From NCBI GenBank assembly GCA_023920165.1, contig CP089274.1:5332001-5396000 (forward strand): a DNA stretch of 64,000 nt, written 5' to 3'. Both the position numbers and the translations under genes were made by a program. Positions 53,645 to 64,000 of the stretch are shown here, one piece after another. Within the stretch, counting starts at the first letter, position 1; each line of letters starts with the position of its first letter. Below the pieces are notes generated by a model that was not told where the DNA came from, did not search any database, and saw nothing but the letters and a program-made list of their open reading frames with translations. The DNA is from Curvularia clavata (lineage: Eukaryota).

Positions 53645-54798
53645 ATGGAGTACGTTCAGGTATCTTACAACAATGCGAATAATATGAATTAACATGAAAA
53701 TTGCGCACCTTACGAACCTGAATCTAAACTTGGTCGTTCACTCGGCCTCAACTCCTCTGTGCTCAATCTTCTCCAAGACTAACAGCCACTACTATTAAAT
53801 TCCAGATACAGGGTGGCAACTCACTGTAAGTGACCACTCCGACTCTTCAGAACTAGCCAGGCGCCTATCCAGAAGCGCCTCCTAGAACCCTGCACTAACA
53901 TTCTCAACTATGAAAGGTTGGGACGCATTGCATTGCTCACTCGAACTGCGCAAAGTGAGCTTGGCGGACGACTAATCGTTCCTAGTAATCATTGAGATCA
54001 GGCAGGCTGCCGTTCCTTGAACGCCTTCGCAGAGACACATTTTGTTGACCGCAAACTCCTAAGGATAGGTCGTTAGCTTCTGCTGTTGGGTGAGACTCAA
54101 GTCGCAGAACTTGTAAGGTGCTATGTTTGGAGGCTGTGCAAAGCCTCTCAATTTATATCTTTAGCAATCGGCTACTGAATGTTTGTAACCGAAGCCCTTG
54201 CGGTGAGAAATTCGCCACAAGGGGGGAAGCCTGACTATGCATGACTGAATAGCTTGGCTCAGATAGTAGCTGCCTACAGGGCTTCTACCGTCAACGGCTG
54301 GCATGACCATTGGGATGGAATTCGCATGCTGTCAGGTGTGTCTTGGTAGTGGCGGAAATTGGGCCAATGAACACCTTCTTTCACCCCTTGCTCATAAATT
54401 AACTGGTCGTCGACATTACCCGGGTGAATAGGGGTCTGCCAAGGAATCTTGCTGTCTGCACATCCTACCTAGCCGCTCCGTGGCGAAGGTTTGTTCTTAG
54501 GCGAGCAATTGCTAGATGCAGACTTAATTTAAGGTACCGGCCTAGGCAAGCTCGCTTGCACATACAAAGCGGCAGGTGGTGAAGAGCCATTCCGGCAATC
54601 CCGCATAGCATTGGTTTGACTTCAGGCTACGAGAGTAGGTATGCATTAAGGCGTCCAGTGTCTCTGCAGGAGCTTTAACCAGCACTGAATCTTAGACCGG
54701 CAGAACGAGACTCTGTGTTTGGAGCGTTATGGGCTCCGAGGAGAACGAGGGTTAAATAGCAGGATGCCCTGGATTCTTCGAGTTCCCAGTGGCTCAGC

Positions 54799-56848
54799 AT
54801 GGTCAAAATGGGTCGCCTCTCACTCCTTGCCCCTTTGCTTTTGGCAGCTAACGATGTCTTGGGTGCCAAATGGATTGGGGAAGTCAAAACGATAGAGGGC
54901 ATTGACTACCAGTGTAAGCAAAACTCCAGCCCCATGTTGAGAGTGTCGCATTTTAACTTTGCGCCCAAGGCAAATGCTACCCTGACAACGCGTGCTGGCC
55001 TACGAACAAGGATTGGGATAAATTGAACCAAACTGTATCAGGAGCATTGCGGGCTGCCATACCGCCTGGTGCTGTTTGCTACAAAAGTCTAGGCAACGAG
55101 ACCAGTGTTTACGATGCGAAGAAATGTGCAGACACACAAGCCAACTGGGGCAATGAGCAGTGGCTGTAAGTGTTGCTAACTGACTTTTAACTAACTCCTA
55201 TATTGATGTTGCATTAGGACCGATCACCCAATTGCTGAGCTCTGGCCTCTGAAGACCAACAATACTTGCTTGCCCACCGATAATCCATCTAATACATGTA
55301 CTCGAGGATTCTACGGACGCTATGTTATCATGGCAACGACAAAAGAACATATCAAAGCCGGTGTCGACTTTGCACGAAAGCGCAATCTTCGTCTCATCAT
55401 TCGCAACACTGGTCACGATTTCATGTAAGAAACTGCAGAATTTGCTTAAGATATTGACACTCAACTTGACAGGGGTCGATCTACCGGTTATGGCTCTCTC
55501 ATCATCAACACCCACAGCTTCAAAGATGTCAAATTCCTCAAAAAATACACTGGCCCTGGAGATTGGAAGGGCAGCGCAGCTATTGTGGGTGCTGGTGTTC
55601 AAGGTCGTGAACTGTACCGTCAGTGCTTCAACCAAAGCCCAAAAGTGGTCATCGTTGGAGGAGAGTGTCCAGTATGTTTCCCATAAACCTTTCCCAATCT
55701 CCACTAACATTTCGTAGACTGTTGGTTGGGCTGGTGGTTACATCCAAGGTGGCGGACACGGTCCGCTTACAGGACTCTACGGTATGGGTGCCGATAACGT
55801 CCTTTCGTTCGAAGCCATCACGGCCGAGGGCAAGTACGTTACTGCCAACGCCAAGGAGAATCCCGACCTCTTCTGGGCCCTCAAGGGTGGCGGTCCCAGC
55901 TCTTTTGCTGTCGTTGTGAGCATCACCGTGAAGACCTTCCCAGAGGTACCGACTGCTGGTACTATTCTGAATATTAACTCTACTCACACCAACGACACGG
56001 AGCTTTTCGCCAAGGGCCTTCGCATCTTCCACAACCTGGCCAACCACTACAGCGATAACCATATGTTTGTATATTTTGAAGTTGGGCGTAAGTCTACACA
56101 GCAACAGAACGCTAGTTTTATCCACTAACGATTTCAATGTATAGCTGGTCCTGGGCGTCTCCATATTGCCCCATTTGTCGGCCCAAACATGAACGAGACT
56201 CAACTGGCGAAGGTCATGTCACCGCTATACAAGCAACTGGATGCAGCTAAGGTACCTTACGATACCCATACCAAGGCTTTTCCGACTTTCTTCGAATTCT
56301 ACATTGACATGTTCGAGGATGAGCCACCAAACCAGCAGTCGATCGTAGGAGGTCGCCTCTTCACTCAAACTGACATAGATAATCATGGCGACGAAATTGC
56401 AGATGCTCTCATCTACACGGCGATGCCTGAGCCTAGCCAGCTCGGCTTCACCATTGGTCACATTATGAATCCCGGTCGGGCGTACCCAAAAGTAGACAAT
56501 GCGATCCATCCTACATGGCGCAACGCCAGCAGCTTCGTCATCACCAACGTGCTCCTACAAGGCAACGAGTCTTGGGAAACAAAGAAGGAGCGTGAGAACT
56601 TTAACACCAATGTTCTAGGTCAGAAACTGAGAGATGTTTCGCCGACTGGGGCGAGTTATGTCAATGAAGGCGATCTCAACGAACCGAATTGGCAAGAGTC
56701 GTACTGGGGCGCAAATTATCCAAGGCTGCTGAGCATCCGCCAAAAGTGGGATCCCGAAGGTGTTTTCTTTACCGAGACCACGCCTGGTACGGAAAATTGG
56801 AGTGTCTTGGATTATGGGACGAAGCTTTGCAAGAAAGCTACCAAGTAA
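54799..56848 (+). CDS. Secreted FAD-linked oxidoreductase (VAO/berberine-bridge-enzyme-like), about 6 exons
   Basis: Signal peptide, IRNTGHDF (covalent FAD His), GGYIQGGGHG, DLFWALKGGG and BBE domain YVNEGD...YWGANYPRL...KWDP. Confidence 0.92.
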
Positions 56849-57462
56849 GCCCGCGGACTTGTAGTTTCTTTTTTTGTTTCATATGCGTCTAGCGAACACA
56901 TTTGTTCGTTTGTCACAGTGATGCACAATGGATACTGTTCTTATAGTGTGAAAGACGGCGCGTATTGATGTAATATAATGACAAGTGTTTGTGAAGAGCA
57001 AGCTAGCCTCTTGTTCCCAAAGAGCAGCGGCAGAAAAGTGGCTCCTGGCGATGCGGCATGGTGAGACGAAGCTGGGGAAAGGCGGAAACGATGACGAAAG
57101 AGTCGTGTTCCCCGCTAATCGATAATGGGCCTAGCAGCACCTACACCTTCACAAGCCAATGATTCTGGTGGTGCCAGCCAGCATCTCAATTGTTTGCGAT
57201 CTCTTTGCCCCATATCCTCCGCTCCGCCTCTTCGCTGCCTCCGGATCCCGCTTCTCGTCCGCTCCCAGCGCACAGCCACCACCGCCATCACGTCCATTGC
57301 CGGCACAACCGCCCACCGTCGCATCAGGCTCCTATTCAAGACACCCGACTCGAGACAGCACACCAAGCCACCGACTCGCCAACCTTGCACCAGAGGCAAT
57401 CCCCCCGAACACATGCTACGCGCACGCCGAATCTCCCAAAGACCCTCGTTAATGTCGATTGA

Positions 57463-60400
57463 ATGCCTCCCGTGCTGAACCCCTTCCTACGGGCCTTCTT
57501 CCGTAGCGCACTACCCAGCCAGTGCCAGCCGGCGCAGCACCACGTACGCCTCTCGGTATAGCAGACAAGGAATGATTGCAGTCGCTAACCCGCTACAACC
57601 CAGGTCCTTCTGGTCCCGACGACAGAGGTCCTCCTAACCTCGCGCGACAAAGAATCAAACATCTCGTACGTCGATCTCAGCGGTTCCGAAGACTTCCTTG
57701 CGAGCCATGTCCTGCGCATACCAGGTGGCGCGGGACCAAACGGTCATCTGAGGGATACCGGCAGTTTTAGGGAATCGCGGGGCAAGGCAAAGCAGTTTAC
57801 TACAGCAAATGGCCGCACGGTGATTGTCAAGGATGCCTTCATCTACAGCAATAAGGGTTCGTGAACAAACGTACCGCGGCTGGTAGATCTGCGGGCGCTG
57901 ATAACAGTGTAGGCTTCAAGACCCTCAACCAGGCCCAGCTCCTCAACGACACCATCTTCTACCCTGATGCCTTTGATGCGCAGCCCTGGCTGGTGTACTT
58001 CATATCGCGACCGCTCATTGGTACATACGACCCGAACCCCATTATACCGGCTACTCTGGTGCCCAGGCAAGATGCAAGAGCGGAGGCGCCGGATGTGGCG
58101 AGCTCTTCTGCAAGCGCCAGCTCGTCTATGCCACGAAAGAAAGAAGTCAGATCGTTTGGCGATCTCCTAAACCATTTTCCTATGATTGCGCGCCAGATGC
58201 AGCCGGGCTTGGAGAAAATATTCAAGGAGTTTAGCAATGAAGTGCAGAAACCCTTGCCGGCAATACCCTCACAAAGATCACGGCGGTCGTCAATGAGTTC
58301 GAAAAGCTCACGTAGACGTGGATCTGTATCGTCAGCAGATACGGCGCCACCATCTCTACATAGCAACATGTCGTACGTCCCTAATGGCTTCGTCTCGAAT
58401 CTCGAAATTAGCGACGAAGAGGACCAGATGCGAACGTCGTTAGAGACTGCTGTAACAGCAGCCATCGACCTCTTCCAGATGGTGGATAAACAACAACTGT
58501 CGCTGCTGGGGGCCACAACAGATCTGACAGGCCCGATTGTCGAGCGCATGATTGAGCGCTACATTGCCGAGCAGGTGCACCACACGATTCTATTTCCACG
58601 CATACAAAGCATACGGCAGTTAGAGGATGCTGATCTTGAACGGCGAACACGGCAGATGATGGACATTGACATATCGCAAGTTGGCATCGACATCGGACAC
58701 GGTCGCAAAGGAAAACGAGAGCTATCCATACGACTCTCAAAGGCTGTGGACATGTTTAAGAAGATGGGAGTCGCCGGCAGCCCTCAAGAAATGCTGGAAA
58801 TACTGCTCGCGGTGCAAAAGCATATCACCATGCCGGATGAATCGCAAGAGCAAACCATGACGAATGGTGCACCTCCGTCAGAGAAACAGGAACACCTCCT
58901 CACCATCAACGCAGATACTTTAGTCTCTCTGTTGCTCGTTGTCGTGATTCGGGCGCCGGTCCGGCATCTTCAGGCACGACTTTCTTACATGCGGCACTTT
59001 ATTTTTATTGATGATGTCGAAAGCGGCGAGATGGGCTACGCGCTGAGCACTTTTGAAGCTGTACTGTCCTATCTGACGACAGATTCCGGAGGCTTGCGAC
59101 GAGCGAGCAGGCGGAATCGAGCGCTGTGGCAAGCAACCAAGTCTGGTGATCTAGAAACTATGCAAAGTATCTTGGAGCCGGATAAGTCCTTTCACGCAGA
59201 ATCAGACAGCTTCTCGGATCAGAGCGAATCCCCACAAAGACATCGTCCAGTTAGATTTGCAGCAAGCTTCTCAGATCTTCAGTCCCTAGGGGGAACTACA
59301 ATGAATGGTGATGATGAACCACGTATACGAAACCAAAGTCCAACTCGCGACGTAAGCGCGTATGAAGACGGCCCATTAGCACACATTTTCCCCTTCCAGC
59401 GGGCTCAAACACCACCCCTGCCTGGCAGACCAAAGATGAAGAAGAAGGTGTCAATGGACACAAGGAGTATGTCGAGCAGCTCAGCACGATCACATCACTC
59501 TCGTACAACGCTTGATTCTCGCGTCAGCGCCATTGAGGGCGACGTTTCGATAGAGAAGCTGACTATGACGCAAGGCCCTGATGGTGAGTCAGTCTTGATG
59601 ATGGCCATTGAGGGCAAGCAAGACCGAGCACTGCAATACCTCCTTAGTCTGACAGAGTACTACACACCTGCCCACATCTTTGAAGACTACAACAACGAAG
59701 GGACCAATTTGCTCAGTGCGGCAATTCAACTGGGCTACGCGAAGACAACAGACACAATTCTGAACTACGTTCTGGAAAACAGCCCTAGTCCCGAAGCATT
59801 ACGAGATTACCTAGCAAAGCCAGACGTGAAAGGCAGATGCGTAGCGCATTACCTCTTCAATCAGCCGCGGCTGATCGATCGCATTGGACACCTCCTTCCT
59901 TGGCAGCTGAAAGATAAGAACGGACAAACTCCAGTGTTTGCTCTATGCAGGTCGTACGACCATGAGGAATACCATGATATGGTAGACAAGGCCATTTTGG
60001 CTGCGACTCACGACCAGGGTGATGGGGAGCCGTTGCATCTGGATGAGCATGTCGACAACAAGGGAAACAGCCTTCTGCATATCATCACCGACCCTCAGCT
60101 AGCAGCCAAGTTACTGTACCGATGTGACTCAGATGCAAATGCAACGAACGACAGACAGTTCACACCGCTGATGGTGGCTAGCAAATACGGCAGGACTGAC
60201 ATGGTGCGAGTTCTCTTCCAAGACCCGCGAGTGGACTTGTCGTACAGAGATGCACGTGGCCTTACGGCTGTAGAGCTTGCAAAGGATGACGATGTTCGGA
60301 ATCGCATTGATGACCTAGTGTTGCTATCCAACGAGCCTGGGCCTGACGGGCGAACCACCACGGTTGTCCGGTCATTCTTTGTAGAGGACGGGACCGTACG

Positions 60401-61742
60401 TCTTGTGTTGAAGTCTGGAGCACTCAATGACAACAAGTCGATTACCGTCACGACATGTCGTCGGTCATCACTTGACTTTGAAAACCTTGCAAAGTGGCTC
60501 GCGCAAGAGCATCCAGCATCATGGCTACCAGTTATAGACAGCCTGGCATCGCCATACCTCATTCCATCAAGACCTTCAAGGTCGATACTACGCGACATGC
60601 AACTTCGTCTCGATGCGTTCCTCAAAATCTTACTAAAACACCCGACTTTCTCAACACACGAGATGGTATGGGAATTCTTCCTCGTTCCAGACATTGATTC
60701 GTCTATGCTCGCGGAACGCTCAGCACGCAAGGCCGAACTGCGGGCTGAACGCCTTCGCGAAGACTACGCTCCGATACTTGATGTACGAGAAGTTGAGCTC
60801 TTTGTTCAGCATATGCGTGAGAATATCCGCGCCCTCCACCACGCTTCACGATCGGTTCTCCGCCGCGCGAACAAGGTTCGCTCAGCAGCATCGGATCTCA
60901 GCGATGCATCCAAGATTCTCAGCACAGCCGTTCACTCTCTCACATTCCTACCACCTGCGCACCTCAAGGCCTTGGAGCGGTATACCAGCACTCTGAGGCA
61001 GAGCGAGGCAAGCCCAATGGCAGGCTTCTACTACTCGATGCATGCCATCTCGAGTACAATCGCCGCTATCTTGACTGCGCTGTCTCGCCCCTCAACCATC
61101 ATAACCTCCATGTCCAACGCGCAGAGAGCGATCGACAGACATAATCTTTCCGTGCGGCGGTCAGACCGCTGGCCCCTGGGTCTATTGGACGACGCGCGCA
61201 GCAGAGTCCAACGCGACGCCCAAGTCAAGATGGATAAGAGCAGAGTCGAGCTAGAGGACCTCGGCAGAGAACTACGATACACGCAGCAAGTTGTAGCTCA
61301 GGAACTAGCCAGCTGGCAAGAAAATCGGGTCGAGACTGGAAGAAAGGCGCTCAAGGAACTAGCAAGGAAAATGTGTGTCGTCGAGCGCGCGAGGCTGGAC
61401 AGCATGAAGCGAGCAGTACGTGAGCTGGGCATTGGAGTGGACAAGAAGAAGACGATGCCAAGGAATGGAAATAAGGCGGTTGGTAATGGTCGGATAGAGG
61501 CGTCTGGCGCGCATAATGGTAATCCCAGGGGTGGTATAATGTCGCCTGTTCCAGTTACTGAGGCGGTCATTCGGCAGCGCCTTATGAATGGCGGCATCAC
61601 AGACCAGCATGTCAAGGACGGACCAGGCGCTGTTGAGCATCCTGAGGAAGAAGGCGTTGTGCTGTCGAATGGAGAGCCAGCAATTGAGGATGTGCCTCCG
61701 TCTGTCGATGAAGTCGCCCAGGGTCAAGGTATAGCCACTTAG
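57463..61742 (+). CDS. VPS9-domain / ankyrin-repeat / PX-domain endosomal protein, 3 exons
   Basis: VPS9 NADTLVSLLLVVV...GEMGYALSTFEAV; ankyrin TPLMVASKYGR; PX-like RRSSLDF..L..W..HPTFSTHE; upstream exons MPPVLNPFLRAFF. Confidence 0.88.
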
Positions 61743-64000
61743 ATGAGCCTAGTAATGGTGTTTTAGACTTTGAAGCACTTTTTTTTCTGAGCTCCTCTTT
61801 GTTTTTTTGCATCTTGTGTTTGGTTTTTCTTGTATGTTCCCGACTGGACACCAGGATTCTACTGTCTTTTCTTTTCTACACTAACTAATATTTTTCAGGG
61901 TCGATTCTACTTCCTTTATAATACGGATTATATAGATGGAGCAAATGAAACACAGCAATAGAGTTACCAATGGCAGAAATCAAAAACTTCAAGCGCATCC
62001 ATATGTCTTCATCTCTCCACTGCTCCAGCATTTTCCCATTTGTCTTTCCCTCTATTTCCCTTTCTTCATACCACGCACCGTCTTCCCCTTTCTCACTCAA
62101 CACATCTGCTCCCCTTTCCATCAACCTGCTTCACCTTGACCCAAAACTCATCTTACCTAATACCCAAATCATTCCATCTCACCGTACATGGCGCCAGGGC
62201 CAGGGCCGTGGCGTTTCGGCCTGCCGAGCGGACGGGCGGAACTCCCGCATACCTGACGCTTGTGCCGATCACCCACATGCTGCTGCTGATTTACAAGGGT
62301 TTCTCATCGGTGTAAGCTTCGCAGGAGCAGCAGCGTTTTTTTTTTGTCCCACGTTTTTTCGTTTTCGTCGTTTTTCCCGTTTTGATCGCGGATTCTTTGT
62401 GTTGCGCGGGGTCCCGACAGTGTGTTGAACGGTGGTGAGCGGGGAGATTACGTGCATGATGAGCGTGGGGGAAGGTGCGTGCGAAGGAGAAGGATGTGTG
62501 GGGGAGAAGGGGGGTTGCGTGATTGCTTATTGAGTGGGGGAGGGGAAGTGCTGTATGTGTGTGTGCTTTTGACAAGAAAGTATAATGCTCTTCTATGACG
62601 TTTTGTTGTTCAAAGATGCCGTATTGTTATGGCGGACCGGATTGGGGCTACGACTTCACTGGCTTCCGCTGACGCGTGGTATCAGTGCGCGATTAACAAA
62701 TCAACGTTGTGTCTTCTGGTATCAAGAGTCGAATGAAATCTTTAGATTCATCCAGCATTAACTAGATGCAGGCATTTTGTAATACCTATCTCGAGATGTG
62801 CTACAAAATACTATTTGTGTTGAGATAGATAGCTGACAATGTTACATTTAGGCTATATCAGATGCCAATAGTAACATTTGGTTGACAGAGCAGATGGTGT
62901 GCTGATAAAGCTGCTTTCAATGAAGCTTAAGTCAGCATCCATGTGTCTTTCCGATTCAAGTTCCTGGCATAGAACTGGAGCCTCTGCTTGTGATGTTTCA
63001 CCGCCTCGGCTCTCGGAAACATGGTTTACTCAAATCTTTAGGAAACAGTGAAAAAAACAAGCTCTCCACAGTTGCGTGCTTGACGACGCGACTCAACGTC
63101 ACTATGGGTCTCATGCTACGGGTACAGCAGCCACATGGCTCAAGGGTACAGACAATGGCCCTTGTATCACGCCTGCATACCCAGAAAAGCTCCGCACAGC
63201 CAAAGTAACCTTGAGAAACAAGGCGTCCAAGGCGTGTCATGTCAGACCAGGCAACTTCCTTGCACCGCGTGAGAAGGTTCGTCACGCCAAGTGACGGTAG
63301 CAAGCAAAAGAGGGAGAGAGGATTTGCAAACTACGACCGCGGAGCATACTCGGTCAGGAACCCGATCTCGCTGGCTCAACTATGCCACCGACACCCACAG
63401 AGCTGGGACCTCCCAGCTCAGCACACAGCAAAACCCTCGCACGTGTGGCTTGTAAGCCCGTATACGCACAGTGACCCTTTTAAAGCACTTGCCGCGGTGT
63501 TTTCTCATCCGACATCAGACCCCTCTGCTTGCGAAGTTACATCTACAGCCATGTATTGGCTCATCGTCCTAGCCGTCATACATATCTGCTCCACCCATCT
63601 AATCTACTTTGGCGAATGGATACGTAACTGGGACGCCTTGACCCACAGGTCAGGACAGGGAAGCACATGCTATCTGCCAAGTTAGGCAGCCTTTGTCCTG
63701 TTTGAGAGACCAGAACAGGCGGCAACAGACTCTCTGAGTGCCGGTGCCCTAGTCAGGTGGGGTAGCGCTGCGAGCGTGGGGGCTGAGGTGATGCTGTCAG
63801 GGTTGGGACAACAGGTTCTTGTGATGAATTGCGTCAGGGAGTGTATATCGTATCCGTTCGAGTCCTAAGATCGACGATCGAGGACAGTAAATGAAGTCAA
63901 TCGATACCCGCTTCCATCCGATGCAGGGCGACTGGACACGACGTGTACATGTTTCCCTAGATCCTTTGGCCCAGCCCGATGTTTGTGCAGCAGCACGCGG

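Noticed and set aside
17773..56848. Secondary-metabolite cluster (P450, AKR, MFS, FAD oxidase)
   Set aside because: The genes are scattered among housekeeping genes and there is no PKS, NRPS or terpene synthase backbone

Overview
Eukaryotic, intron-containing DNA from a filamentous ascomycete. Gene content and ~50-nt GT-AG introns fit a Dothideomycete/Pleosporales fungus (inference). The window is mostly housekeeping genes: ORC6 (partial), IMP4, PRMT5/Skb1, PRP43, RPA43, a DUF423 membrane protein, a P450, an Iec1-like C2H2 protein, an aldo-keto reductase, alkaline ceramidase, an MFS sugar transporter, an HMG-box factor, PSF1, PRP5, ERB1, SAS10/UTP3, TSC10, a BBE-like FAD oxidase and a VPS9-ankyrin-PX protein. 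The standout is a minus-strand tRNA-Pro(AGG) gene at 28231-28369. Besides a normal 17-nt anticodon-loop intron, it carries a 50-nt intron with full spliceosomal signals (GTAAGC / TTCTAAC / CAG) inserted between tRNA nt 10 and 11, inside the A box. Removing both introns yields an intact 72-nt tRNA. Also found: a tandem pair of divergent small secreted paralogues (one not captured intact by the ORF track), a gene broken by a single in-frame TGA, and a GC-AG intron in PRMT5. All calls were made by eye with no database searches; exon boundaries are manual.
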